Source of the DNA: Terriglobales bacterium
Lineage (GTDB): Bacteria; Acidobacteriota; Terriglobia; Terriglobales; Acidobacteriaceae
Assembly (NCBI GenBank): GCA_035651035.1
Contig: DASRGM010000056.1
Coordinates: forward strand, 2,877-66,876
DNA length: 64,000 nucleotides
Direction of reading: 5' to 3'
Positions within the stretch are counted from its first letter, which is position 1. Every line of letters starts with the position of its first letter. The position numbers were made by a program, and so were the translations under genes. Shown here piece after piece: positions 23,081-32,496 of this stretch. A model generated the notes under the pieces. That model worked only from the letters and a program-made list of their open reading frames with translations, did no database searches and was not told the origin of the DNA.

Positions 23081-24598
23081 ATGCCTCTAAAGACCGATTC
23101 TGTAGCCCTGCTGGAGGATGTTGCTCAACCCGCGGCTACTCCCAAGAAAATTGGATTTGTGAGCCTGGGCTGCCCCAAGAACCTCGTCGACAGCGAGGTC
23201 ATGATGGGGCTGCTCGCGCAGGGCGGCGCCGAGATCACGCCGCGCGCCGAGGACGCTGACATTATCGTCGTGAATACCTGCTCGTTCATCGACACGGCCA
23301 AGCAGGAGTCGGTGGACACCATTCTGGAGATGGCGCAGCACAAGACAAGCGGCCGCGCCCAAAAGCTCATCGTGGCAGGCTGCCTGGTCGAGCGCTATCG
23401 CAACGAAATCCAGAAGAACATTCCGGAAGTGGATGCGGTGGTCGGCACGGGCGAGTTGGAGCAGATTCTTGCCGCCGCGGGAATGGTGCCGTCGAATGCG
23501 GCCGAATCGCCGTTTGTAATTCTGGGTGGCCCACTCATCCCTTCGGTTGGGATGAGTGGGACCTCGCGTCCTGAAGGCGACGCGCGAGAGAGTGCGGGTC
23601 GCTTTTCGAAACAGGCCTGGGACGGCGCCCTCGCCGACCTTCCTAACTATCTCTATGACGACACCACGCCGCGCCTGCTGGCCACGCCAAAATCGTCGGC
23701 GTACATCAAGATTGCCGAAGGCTGCGACCATCCCTGCGCGTTCTGTATCATCCCGCAGCTGCGCGGCAAGTTCCGCTCGCGGCGCTTCGAATCGGTCGTC
23801 GCTGAGGCAAGACGGTTGGCGCAACAGGGCGTGCGTGAAGTCACGCTCATCGGCCAGGACACGACCTGTTACGGCGAAGACTTCGGCCTGAAGGACGGCT
23901 TGGCGCTGCTGCTGGATCGGCTGGCGCAGATCGACGAACTGCGCTGGGTGCGCTTCCTTTACGCCTACCCCAACAAGATTACCGGCAAGCTGCTGGAGAC
24001 CATCGCCGCCAACGACAAGGTTTGCTCGTACATCGATGTGCCGCTGCAGCACGCTTCGCCCGATGTGCTGAAGCGCATGAAACGTGGCGCGGGCGCGGAG
24101 ATTTTCCTGCGTTCCATCGAGAAGATGCGCCGCGAGATTCCCGGCCTGACGCTTCGCACCTCGTTCATCGTCGGCTTTCCCGGCGAGCAAGAGCGCGATT
24201 TCGAGCAGCTCTGCGACTTCGTGCGCGAGGCGCAGTTCGACTGGCTCGGAGTCTTCGGCTACTCCGATGAGGAGGGCGCGAAGGCGTTCGAGCTTGGGGA
24301 CAAAGTCCCGCCGCGCGAGATCGAGCGCCGCCGCAGGAAGCTGATGTCGATCCAGAAGCAAATCAGCCGCAAGAGGAAGCGCGCGCTGGTTGGCCAGCAA
24401 TTTGACTTGCTGCTCGAAGGTCCGTCATCCGAAACCGACTTGCTATGGGAAGGCCGCACCGAGATGCACGCGCCCGAGATCGACGGCAAGGTGTTCGTCA
24501 ATGATTTCGGCGAGCGCGCAGACATTTGCGAAGGCGAATTCTACCGCTGCGAAATTACGGAAGCGCACGAGTACGATCTTGTGGCTAGAATTGTTTAG
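23081..24598 (+). CDS. rimO: ribosomal protein S12 methylthiotransferase
   Basis: 505-aa ORF. N-terminal IGFVSLGCPKNLVDSE, radical-SAM CxxxCxxC (CDHPCAFC), C-terminal TRAM domain. It has an insert of ~60 aa compared with typical RimO. Confidence 0.9.
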   Translation: MPLKTDSVALLEDVAQPAATPKKIGFVSLGCPKNLVDSEVMMGLLAQGGAEITPRAEDADIIVVNTCSFIDTAKQESVDTILEMAQHKTSGRAQKLIVAGCLVERYRNEIQKNIPEVDAVVGTGELEQILAAAGMVPSNAAESPFVILGGPLIPSVGMSGTSRPEGDARESAGRFSKQAWDGALADLPNYLYDDTTPRLLATPKSSAYIKIAEGCDHPCAFCIIPQLRGKFRSRRFESVVAEARRLAQQGVREVTLIGQDTTCYGEDFGLKDGLALLLDRLAQIDELRWVRFLYAYPNKITGKLLETIAANDKVCSYIDVPLQHASPDVLKRMKRGAGAEIFLRSIEKMRREIPGLTLRTSFIVGFPGEQERDFEQLCDFVREAQFDWLGVFGYSDEEGAKAFELGDKVPPREIERRRRKLMSIQKQISRKRKRALVGQQFDLLLEGPSSETDLLWEGRTEMHAPEIDGKVFVNDFGERADICEGEFYRCEITEAHEYDLVARIV

Positions 24599-24952
24599 AT
24601 GCGAAGCGTGACTGACGCGGATCGAAAAGCCGTTCTAAAGGAGCGAGATAGGCGTCGGCTTTTGCGCGGCGGAATAGGTTTGTACACCTATCAGCAGGAA
24701 CGGAACACAACCCCATTTCAATTCGCTGCGCAGATCGTCGTCGGACTTATCGTCGCGCTTATCGGCCTACTTCTCGTGTGGGGAGTCTGGCAAACAAGGC
24801 GTCAGGAGATTTCAGCTTACGGACGAGCAGATTCTCATTTCGGCAGCTTTGCCTTTAGCGTTGCGTTGGTTATGGTGGGCGTCTTCATGGGTCATGCAGG
24901 CATCATTTTCTATTGGAAGCGGTTCAAGGCGCGTCAAAGCGAGCCGAAATAG
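24599..24952 (+). CDS. small two-TM membrane protein (hypothetical)
   Basis: 117-aa ORF. Its ATG directly abuts the rimO TAG. Two hydrophobic helices. GC and GC3 are lower than in neighbouring genes. Confidence 0.5.
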   Translation: MRSVTDADRKAVLKERDRRRLLRGGIGLYTYQQERNTTPFQFAAQIVVGLIVALIGLLLVWGVWQTRRQEISAYGRADSHFGSFAFSVALVMVGVFMGHAGIIFYWKRFKARQSEPK

Positions 24953-24955
24953 CCA

Positions 24956-25107
24956 TGATTCGTATCAGGGCACGACTTCAGTCGTGCCGATGAGGGCGTC
25001 ACCAACTTCCGGGCTTCACCCTTGCCGGAACGGCGACAGGGCTAAAGCCCAAGCAAGCCGAAGAGCTTATTGCCGGCACGTCTAAAGACGTATCCTGATA
25101 CGAATCA
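24956..25107. repeat. MITE-like element: 14-bp perfect terminal inverted repeats enclosing three internal hairpins
   Basis: TGATTCGTATCAGG (24956-24969) and CCTGATACGAATCA (25094-25107). Internal hairpins: GGCACGAC-TTCA-GTCGTGCC (24969-24988), GGGCT-AA-AGCCC (25039-25050), ACGTCT-AA-AGACGT (25078-25091). Confidence 0.6.
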
Positions 25108-25154
25108 CCCCCAAGAGTTAGAAGGAGCCTTTTCCTCCGACATCGAATTGGCAC

Positions 25155-25367
25155 ATGTCACGAAAATCAGTTCGCAGTCTTCGTTGTCCCACCTGCCGCA
25201 AGATCGTGTTGCGCTCCGATGCGGAGTTTCCGTTCTGCAGCGAGCGCTGCCGCATCATCGATCTCGGCAAGTGGGCGAGCGGTGCTTACGTCATCTCAAG
25301 TCCGCTGAGCGATCCGGAGACGGACGATTCCAGCTACCCTAATCCCGATGTCAAGAAGCCCCACTGA
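25155..25367 (+). CDS. yacG: DNA gyrase inhibitor YacG (zinc-finger protein)
   Basis: 70-aa ORF. CPTC...FPFCSERCRIIDLGKWASGAYVI matches the YacG zinc-ribbon pattern. Confidence 0.85.
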   Translation: MSRKSVRSLRCPTCRKIVLRSDAEFPFCSERCRIIDLGKWASGAYVISSPLSDPETDDSSYPNPDVKKPH

Positions 25368-25875
25368 GCCGAAGTCAGTTGAGCCGGCGTTGACTACAAC
25401 GCCCGCCCCGCGCTGGGCCACGCTGGTTGCGACCTTCTTCGGCATCGGGCGTTTACGTCCCGGCCCCGGCACATGGGGCTCATTGGCGACCGCCCTGCTG
25501 TGGTGGCTGATCGCATCGCACCTGCCTCCCGCCGCACGCTTGCCCGGCATTCTTCTGCTGATCGCAGCCGCGGTGGCGATCGGTATCCCTGCTGCGACGC
25601 TGGAAGCGCGCGGCTGCGGCAAGAAAGATCCCTCGCACGTCGTCATCGACGAAGTTGCCGGACAACTGCTCACGCTGGTCGCGTGTCCCGTCATCTGGCA
25701 GGCGCTGCTCGCCGGCTTTATACTTTTTCGTGCATTCGACATTCTGAAGCCGCCCCCGATTCGCCGCCTGGAGCGCCTGCCGGAAGGCACCGGCATCGTA
25801 GTCGACGACCTCGGCGCGGGCATTTACGCTCTGATCGTGTTACAACTGCTGCTGCATTTTGGGGTTCTTCACTAA
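25348..25875 (+). CDS. pgpA: phosphatidylglycerophosphatase A
   Basis: 175-aa ORF. FFGIGRLRPGPGTWGS, VIDEVAGQ, FRAFDILKPPPI and VVDDLGAGIYA motifs. It overlaps yacG by 20 nt. Confidence 0.9.
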   Translation: MSRSPTEPKSVEPALTTTPAPRWATLVATFFGIGRLRPGPGTWGSLATALLWWLIASHLPPAARLPGILLLIAAAVAIGIPAATLEARGCGKKDPSHVVIDEVAGQLLTLVACPVIWQALLAGFILFRAFDILKPPPIRRLERLPEGTGIVVDDLGAGIYALIVLQLLLHFGVLH

Positions 25876-25897
25876 GGCACGCGCGCTCACCACTCGC

Positions 25898-26953
25898 ATG
25901 ATGGACCGCAAGGCGGGAACGAAGAACGTTAACGGCAAGCCGCACATCGATGCCATCGATCCGCCCTGTGCTATGCCGGGAGGCGAGGTGCGCATCCTGG
26001 GCAGCGGCCTGGGAATGCACGAGCTGCGCCGGCCGCGCGTCAGCTTCGGCGACGTCGACGGCTCGGTCATCATCAGCTCGGAGCAATTCATCGTGGCGCG
26101 CGTGCCTGAAGGCGCGGCATCGGGCCAGGTCGTGGTGGCAGCCGATGGATCGCGCAGCAATCCGCGCGAGGTGCGCCTGGCCGTGCCCATCGCCGAAAAC
26201 CTTCACCCCGTCGCCAATCCCGCTATCGACTCCCATGGGAACATCTACGCCACCTTCTCCGGCTCGCGCGGACAGAAAGTTCCCGTCGCCATTTACCGCA
26301 TCGACACCAGTCACAACGTGAAGCCGTTCCTGCACGAGATGATGAATGCCACCGGGCTGGCCTTCGATCGCTCCGGCAGCCTGTACGTTTCGTCGCGTTA
26401 CGACGGCACCGTGTATCGCGTCGCGCAGAACGGGACTATGACCTCCTATGCCGAAGGCATGGGGGTTGCGACGGGAATCGCCTTCGATCGCGAGGGCAAT
26501 CTTTACGTGGGCGATCGCAGCGGCACCATTTTCAAGATCAGCGGCGACCGGCAGATTTTCGTCTTTGCGACGATGGAGCCCAGCATCTCCGCCTATCACC
26601 TCGCCTTCGGCAACAACGGCAATCTGTACGTGACCGGGCCTACCACGTCGAGCTTCGATGCTGTCTACCAGGTCGATCCCCACGGCACCGTCTCCGAGTT
26701 CTATCGCGGACTGGGGCGGCCGCAGGGCATTGCGGTAGACGTGGACGACAATCTCTACGTCGCCGCATCGCTGAATGGACGGCGCGGCATCGTCAGAATC
26801 ACTCCCGATCGCAGGTCCTCGCTGGTGGTCGCAGGGTATAACCTGATAGGACTGGCCTTCGCCCCTGGAGGCGCGGCGGTGCTGGCCACCACCAGCGGTG
26901 TGCATCATCTCTCGTGGGGTATCGAGGGACGCTCGTTACTTCCGCGGAATTAG
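25898..26953 (+). CDS. IPT/TIG domain plus NHL/SMP-30-like six-bladed beta-propeller protein
   Basis: Start placed at MMDRKAG, after the pgpA stop. IPT-like IDAIDPPCAMPGGEVRILGSGL...VVVAA, followed by repeated G.AFD..GNLYV blades. No signal peptide is visible. Confidence 0.75.
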   Translation: MMDRKAGTKNVNGKPHIDAIDPPCAMPGGEVRILGSGLGMHELRRPRVSFGDVDGSVIISSEQFIVARVPEGAASGQVVVAADGSRSNPREVRLAVPIAENLHPVANPAIDSHGNIYATFSGSRGQKVPVAIYRIDTSHNVKPFLHEMMNATGLAFDRSGSLYVSSRYDGTVYRVAQNGTMTSYAEGMGVATGIAFDREGNLYVGDRSGTIFKISGDRQIFVFATMEPSISAYHLAFGNNGNLYVTGPTTSSFDAVYQVDPHGTVSEFYRGLGRPQGIAVDVDDNLYVAASLNGRRGIVRITPDRRSSLVVAGYNLIGLAFAPGGAAVLATTSGVHHLSWGIEGRSLLPRN

Positions 26954-27106
26954 TGCTTAGCAAGTGGCAATTAGCTCCAGGCCCGGCGTGGCGACCTGGG
27001 CTGGTACGCATCCTGACCGCTGTGCAGAAGTTCGCTTGTTCACCAATCGGCGTGTATCCTGCCAGTTAACCTGATTGCTAATCGCTAGTTGCTGATTGCT
27101 GCCTTT

Positions 27107-28351
27107 ATGATTGCGGAGATCATCGCCATCGGCTCGGAGATGCTGACTCCGTTCCGCCAGGACACAAACTCCCTCTTCCTCGCCGAGCGGCTCAACGAAT
27201 TGGGCATCGGCGTCGCCTTCAAGACCGTGGTCGGCGACAACCTCGAACACCTCACGTCCGCAGCGCGCACCGCGATCGCGCGTGTCGACCTCGCCATTTT
27301 CATGGGCGGCCTGGGTCCCACCAAAGACGACCTGACGCGCGAGGCTGTCGCCGCCGCGCTGGGAGTTGAGTTGAAGCGCGACAACGAGCTCCTTACCGAA
27401 CTCTACAAGCGCTTCGCCGAGCGGCGTCTGCAGATGCCCGAGAACAACGCGCAGCAATGCGACGTGCTGCGGGGCGCAGTCGTGTTGCCCAACACCAAGG
27501 GTACGGCGCCTGGCCAATGGCTGGAGACGGAATTTGAAGGCAAGGCGCGGAGGATCGCGCTGCTGCCCGGGCCGCCGCACGAGCTTCACACAATGTGGGA
27601 CACGGAGATCATGCCTCGGCTGCGTGAGAAGGCGCCGCCGGCGGCAATCGCCGCTCGCGTGCTGAAAGTCGCCATGATGGGCGAGTCGGCCGTCGATCTC
27701 CGTGCCGCGCCGATCTACAAGAAATACCAGAATATTGAAACTACGGTGTTGGCCGGGCAGGGGCAAGTGGAGTTTCACCTGCGCGGCACGGCTGCCACGC
27801 GCGAAGCCGCCCAGGCCGAGGTCGATTGCCTGGCCGGAGAGCTGGAAGACGAGCTCGGCGACGCCGTCTTTTCGTCTAACGGCGAGTCGCTGGAAGAGAT
27901 CGTCGGCTATTACCTGCAGATGCGCAATGCGAAGCTCGCCGTAGCGGAATCGTGCACCGGCGGCATGGTGGCGGAACGCATCACGTCGGTCGCCGGCAGC
28001 TCGCGCTTTTTTCTAGGCGGCGTGGTCGTGTACTCCAACGACCTGAAGACCTTGTTTGCCGATATTCCGCCGCTGATGATCGAGGCGCACGGCGCCGTGA
28101 GCCGCGAAGTTGCCGTGGCCCTGGCCGAGAACATTCGCGAGCTGTGTAATGCCGACATCGGCGTGGGCGTCACGGGGATCGCCGGGCCGGGCGGCGGTAC
28201 TGAGGACAAGCCCGTTGGGCTGGTGTTTGTCGCAGTGTCCAACGGCCATAAGAGCGATGTCGTGCAGCGGCGTTTTTTTGGCGACCGCGAGCGCGTGCGG
28301 CGATGGGCCAGCCAGTTGGCGCTCGACATGGTCAGGAAGATGCTGATGTGA
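27107..28351 (+). CDS. cinA: CinA-family protein (MoCF-binding domain plus nicotinamide-nucleotide amidase)
   Basis: Start moved to MIAEIIAIGSEML. GGLGPTKDD is present. C-terminal PncC domain (AESCTGG, VGVTGIAGPGGG). Confidence 0.9.
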   Translation: MIAEIIAIGSEMLTPFRQDTNSLFLAERLNELGIGVAFKTVVGDNLEHLTSAARTAIARVDLAIFMGGLGPTKDDLTREAVAAALGVELKRDNELLTELYKRFAERRLQMPENNAQQCDVLRGAVVLPNTKGTAPGQWLETEFEGKARRIALLPGPPHELHTMWDTEIMPRLREKAPPAAIAARVLKVAMMGESAVDLRAAPIYKKYQNIETTVLAGQGQVEFHLRGTAATREAAQAEVDCLAGELEDELGDAVFSSNGESLEEIVGYYLQMRNAKLAVAESCTGGMVAERITSVAGSSRFFLGGVVVYSNDLKTLFADIPPLMIEAHGAVSREVAVALAENIRELCNADIGVGVTGIAGPGGGTEDKPVGLVFVAVSNGHKSDVVQRRFFGDRERVRRWASQLALDMVRKMLM

Positions 28352-28365
28352 AAGAGGCAGCAATT

Positions 28366-28397
28366 AGCACTTGGTATTTGGCACTTGGTGCTCGGCC
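28366..28397 (+). repeat. GCACTTGG-type short repeat block upstream of thpR
   Basis: AGCACTTGGTATTTGGCACTTGGTGCTCGGCC. It is related to 38060-38084. Confidence 0.7.
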
Positions 28398-28432
28398 ATT
28401 CGGAATGTCTGACGCAGTTTTCAGCATCGACT

Positions 28433-29008
28433 ATGCGTCTGTTTATAGCCCTCGACATCGATCCGGAAATCCGCAAGCGCATTGCCGGCTTTCGCGAGCA
28501 GATGCGCGCTTACGCGCCCGACGTGCGCTGGGTTGGCCCGGAAAGCTTTCACATCACACTGCAATTTCTGGGCGAGACCGAAAAGCTGGAAGCCATTAAG
28601 GCTGCGTTGCAGCAGGTGCACGGCGCCCCCATCGGTCTGCGATTCGGGGGCACGGGATTCTTTCCGACCCCGCGATCGCCACGTGTTTTCTGGGTCGGCA
28701 TGGAAGCTGACAATAACCTGCAAGCTCTCATAGACGCTATCGGGGAGTCGCTGCGGCCGCTCGGCTTCAGGCGCGACGCGGGGCCTTTCAAACCGCACCT
28801 CACGCTGGCGCGCGTCGGCAGTGGACGACCCAGGCCGGTGCGTGGCGAGCATTCTTCGGCGGGCCTGCGCGCCCTGGCGATCAAGCTGGAGACTCTTGCA
28901 CCGCCCGACTTCGGTACAATGACGGCGCGCGAATTCTGCCTCTACCAGAGCACGCTATCGTCGAGCGGAGCGAAGTACACTAAGCTGGCGAGTTTTCCGT
29001 TGGCATAG
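28433..29008 (+). CDS. thpR: RNA 2',3'-cyclic phosphodiesterase (2H phosphoesterase, LigT/ThpR)
   Basis: Start moved to MRLFIALD. Two HxT motifs (FHITLQF, PHLTLAR). Confidence 0.88.
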   Translation: MRLFIALDIDPEIRKRIAGFREQMRAYAPDVRWVGPESFHITLQFLGETEKLEAIKAALQQVHGAPIGLRFGGTGFFPTPRSPRVFWVGMEADNNLQALIDAIGESLRPLGFRRDAGPFKPHLTLARVGSGRPRPVRGEHSSAGLRALAIKLETLAPPDFGTMTAREFCLYQSTLSSSGAKYTKLASFPLA

Positions 29009-29023
29009 CGGCGCGCCCTATCT

Positions 29024-29677
29024 GTGGGAAGACTCTTACTCACCGTCGCCGTAGTTTCTTATCTGCTGGGATCCATCCCCTTCGGCTATTTGCTGATGCG
29101 CATTTTTCGCGGAGTGGACGTGCGCACCAGGGGCAGCGGCAACATTGGCGCAACCAATGTCGCGCGTACAGGGTCTAAGGGCCTGGCGATCGCCACCCTT
29201 CTGCTCGATGGCTGCAAAGGTTATTGCGCCGTGCTGCTGGCCAAATTTCTCTTAAACATGGAGCCCTCGGACTTGGACACCGTTCTGTTGGCGGGCCGCA
29301 TCTCGGCGGCGGTCTGTGCTCTGGCAGCGTTCTTCGCAATCCTTGGGCATGTCTTCACGGTCTGGCTGCGCTTCAAGGGCGGGAAGGGAGTCGCCGTGGC
29401 AGCAGGCGCATTTGCCGCGCTGGCCCCGCGTGCTTTTCTGTTCGCGCTCGCAGCATTCGTGGTGGTGGTCGCGGTGACGCGCTATGTATCGCTGGGCAGC
29501 ATCGTCGCTGCGGTCTCATTCCCCATTTTCTTTTATGTAACAGCGCCGCCGGTGCGCACCAACTACGCAGTTATATTCTTCACCACGGTCTCTGCTCTGC
29601 TCATTATCATTCGCCATAAGGACAACATTCGCCGCCTTCTGGCGGGCACAGAGAACCGCTTAGGGAAACCTGCGTGA
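29024..29677 (+). CDS. plsY: glycerol-3-phosphate acyltransferase PlsY
   Basis: 217-aa ORF (GTG start). GSIPFGYL, GSGNIGATNV, DGCKG and KGGKGVA motifs. Confidence 0.92.
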   Translation: MGRLLLTVAVVSYLLGSIPFGYLLMRIFRGVDVRTRGSGNIGATNVARTGSKGLAIATLLLDGCKGYCAVLLAKFLLNMEPSDLDTVLLAGRISAAVCALAAFFAILGHVFTVWLRFKGGKGVAVAAGAFAALAPRAFLFALAAFVVVVAVTRYVSLGSIVAAVSFPIFFYVTAPPVRTNYAVIFFTTVSALLIIIRHKDNIRRLLAGTENRLGKPA

Positions 29678-30699
29678 GTGAGATTGCGGTCATCGGCGCG
29701 GGAGCTTGGGGCACGGCGATCTCGGTTGTGCTGGGCCGCAAAGGCACGCACAGCGTGCGGCTGTGGGCGCATGAACACGAAGTGCGTGCCAGCATCGAGG
29801 CGCGCCATATCAATCAACTCTTCCTTCCCGGGCAGCTCATCCCCGAATCCGTGCGCTGCACCAATAATTTTTCCGATGCGCTTGCCGGCGCCGACATCGT
29901 GGTCAGCGTGATGCCTTCGCATCACACCCGCCGCGTCTTCGAATCGATATTGCCCTATGCGCGCGCGGAGATGCTTTTTGTCAGCGCGACGAAAGGCATC
30001 GAGAATGACTCGCTGCTCCGAATGACGGAGGTCATTACCGAAGTCCTGCGCGATCGGGATCACGGGTTTATTCCGCGGGTCGGTGCACTCAGCGGCCCCA
30101 GCTTCGCCAAGGAAGTCGCCAAGGGCGACCCCACCGCCATTACGATTGCCTCGGCCGACGCCGACCTCGCCTCCTGCGTGCAGCAGCAGTTCAGCGACCT
30201 GCGCTTTCGCGTGTACACCAACGACGACGTGATCGGCGTGGAACTCGGCGGAGCTCTGAAGAACATCATCGCCATTGCGGCGGGCATTCTCTTCGGTCAG
30301 GAGCTGGGACACAACACCGTCGCCGCGCTGATCACGCGTGGGCTGGCGGAAATCACGCGGCTGGTGGTGGCTTGCGGGGGCAAAGCGGCGACCATGTCCG
30401 GACTGGCCGGCCTGGGCGATCTGGTGCTCACCTGCACCGGCGGGCTCTCGCGCAATCGCAGTGTAGGCGTGGAGCTTGGTAGCGGCCGCAAGCTGGACGA
30501 GATCATCGCCGGCATGCACGGCATGGTGGCAGAAGGCGTATTGACTACCAACGCGGCGATTGGTCTGGCGCGTAAAGTCGATGTCGAGATGCCCATCACC
30601 GAGCAGATGCACGCCATTTTGCAGCACGGCAAGCCGGTTGCCGACGCGATTCGCGACTTGATGCGGCGGCCATCGACGCGCGAAGTAACGTTGATGTAA
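29674..30699 (+). CDS. gpsA: NAD(P)H-dependent glycerol-3-phosphate dehydrogenase
   Basis: 341-aa ORF. GTGA overlap with plsY. VIGAGAWGTA Rossmann fold, GALKNIIAIAAG, NRSVG. Confidence 0.92.
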   Translation: MSEIAVIGAGAWGTAISVVLGRKGTHSVRLWAHEHEVRASIEARHINQLFLPGQLIPESVRCTNNFSDALAGADIVVSVMPSHHTRRVFESILPYARAEMLFVSATKGIENDSLLRMTEVITEVLRDRDHGFIPRVGALSGPSFAKEVAKGDPTAITIASADADLASCVQQQFSDLRFRVYTNDDVIGVELGGALKNIIAIAAGILFGQELGHNTVAALITRGLAEITRLVVACGGKAATMSGLAGLGDLVLTCTGGLSRNRSVGVELGSGRKLDEIIAGMHGMVAEGVLTTNAAIGLARKVDVEMPITEQMHAILQHGKPVADAIRDLMRRPSTREVTLM

Positions 30700-30897
30700 G
30701 TCTTTCGCCCGAACGAGCTCCGCAGGCACAATAGGAAACGGCGCAGCATCAGGAACGCACGCCACGGAGTTCATTCAAGCCAACCGCAGGAGAGAGCTCC
30801 TTTTCGCAACCGCTGATTCCGCAACGCGAGCCTCTGTTGTCACATCTAAGTTGCGACGAGAAAACGCGATGCGTATTCGCGAGCTGCTAAAGACAGA

Positions 30898-32496
30898 ATG
30901 GAACTGAAAGCCAGAAATGTCCGCCGTTACCCATCGCGAAGATATCGGGTAACGCTGGCAACGGCGGCGGTTTTGTGCTTTGGCTGCGTGGCTCTGGCGC
31001 AAACCCAGTCGCCGGGGCTCACCTCGCTGCCCACGGCGGAACAGATTTTTCAGCGTTCGCAGAACCCGTTTTCCGGTTCCATTCCGCAAGGCCAGGCGAC
31101 GCCCGAGGTCCTCGACCTCACGGTGCAGGACGCACTCGACCGCGCCTTGAAGTTCAACCTTGGTCTCTATTTGAGCGATCGCGCAACCGAACAAGCGCGG
31201 GCGGCGAGACTACGCGCGCTCAGCGAGCTGCTGCCCGACATCAACGCCGGGGTCACGGAAGAAGAACAGAAAGTGAACCTGAAGGCCTTCGGGTTTGCCA
31301 ACTTCCCCGGGTTCCCCAGCTCGGTGGGACCCTTCGGATTGTTTGAACTTCAGGCCACAGGAAGCTGGAAGCCGCTGGACCTGCACTACATCACCGGCGT
31401 GCGCTCGGCCGACCAGAATGTGAAGGCTTCGCAGTTTACCTATCGCGACGCGCGCGACACCGTGGTGCTGGCCGTGGGGGCGAATTATCTGCTCACCATT
31501 GCCAACGAATCCCGTGTCGCCGCCGCCGACGCTGAGTTGAAGGCGGCGCAGGCGCTTTATCAGCTGGCGGTCGACCAGGAGAAAGCTGGTATCGCTCCTA
31601 ACATCGATACGTTGCGCGCGCGGGTGCAATTGCAAACGCAAACGTCGATTCTGATTCGGGCGCAGAACGATCTTGAAAAACAGCGCATCGCGCTGGCCCG
31701 CGTGATGGGCCTCCCGGTCTCGCAGAAGTTTCGTTTAGTCGACCGGGTTCCCTATCATCCGCTGCCCGAGGCTGATGCGGCAAACGCCTTCGAACGGGCC
31801 TTGCGGACCCGGCCCGATTACCAGGCCGCCCTCGCCTCATTGCGCGCGGCGCAGTACAACCTGGATGCGGCGCGGCAGCAGCGCCTGCCGTCCATCGGAT
31901 TCTCGGGGAACTACGGCGTTCTGGGATTTACCCCGAGCTCGCTGGGGCCGAGTTGGACTGCGGCGGCGACCTTGGCCATTCCGATTTTTCAGGGCGGAAA
32001 AATCGAGTCGGACATCGAGCAGGCGAGATCCGTGCTCAAGCAGCGCCAGGCGCAGGTCGATAATCTGCGCGGCGCGATCGAGCAGGACATCGACAACGCT
32101 CTGCTCGATTTGAAGGCCGCGGCGCAACAGGTCGAGGTCGGCAAAATCGGACTGGACTACGCCCAACAGGCGTTGCAGCAGTCGCAAGACCGGTTCTCGG
32201 CCGGCGTAACCAACAACGTTGAGGTGATCCAGGCGCAGCAGCAGCTGGCCTCAGCCAACGAGCAGTACATCGACAGCCTCTATGGATACAACATCGCAAA
32301 GGTGCTGCTGGCACGCGCCATCGGCAATGCGGAGCAGGCGGTGACACAATATCTTTCCGAGCCCGGCAATGTGACTCCCACGCCGCCGCCAGCTCCGAAT
32401 GGGCCGGCCGCGTCGCCGCCCGCCACCGCACCCGCACCGGCGTCGCCGCAGTCTAACTTTAGTACTGGCCAGCCAGCACAGGTGAACACACAATGA
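30898..32496 (+). CDS. TolC-family outer-membrane efflux protein
   Basis: 532-aa ORF with a signal peptide. Two tandem OEP repeats with long helical segments. It has a Pro/Ala-rich C-terminal tail. Confidence 0.88.
   Translation: MELKARNVRRYPSRRYRVTLATAAVLCFGCVALAQTQSPGLTSLPTAEQIFQRSQNPFSGSIPQGQATPEVLDLTVQDALDRALKFNLGLYLSDRATEQARAARLRALSELLPDINAGVTEEEQKVNLKAFGFANFPGFPSSVGPFGLFELQATGSWKPLDLHYITGVRSADQNVKASQFTYRDARDTVVLAVGANYLLTIANESRVAAADAELKAAQALYQLAVDQEKAGIAPNIDTLRARVQLQTQTSILIRAQNDLEKQRIALARVMGLPVSQKFRLVDRVPYHPLPEADAANAFERALRTRPDYQAALASLRAAQYNLDAARQQRLPSIGFSGNYGVLGFTPSSLGPSWTAAATLAIPIFQGGKIESDIEQARSVLKQRQAQVDNLRGAIEQDIDNALLDLKAAAQQVEVGKIGLDYAQQALQQSQDRFSAGVTNNVEVIQAQQQLASANEQYIDSLYGYNIAKVLLARAIGNAEQAVTQYLSEPGNVTPTPPPAPNGPAASPPATAPAPASPQSNFSTGQPAQVNTQ

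Noticed and set aside
25070-25342. 90-aa ORF overlapping yacG in another frame, and the GAAGGAG at 25121.
   Set aside because: The yacG frame has the zinc-ribbon motif, while the alternative frame is featureless. The GAAGGAG probably pairs with the downstream TCCTCC rather than serving this ORF.
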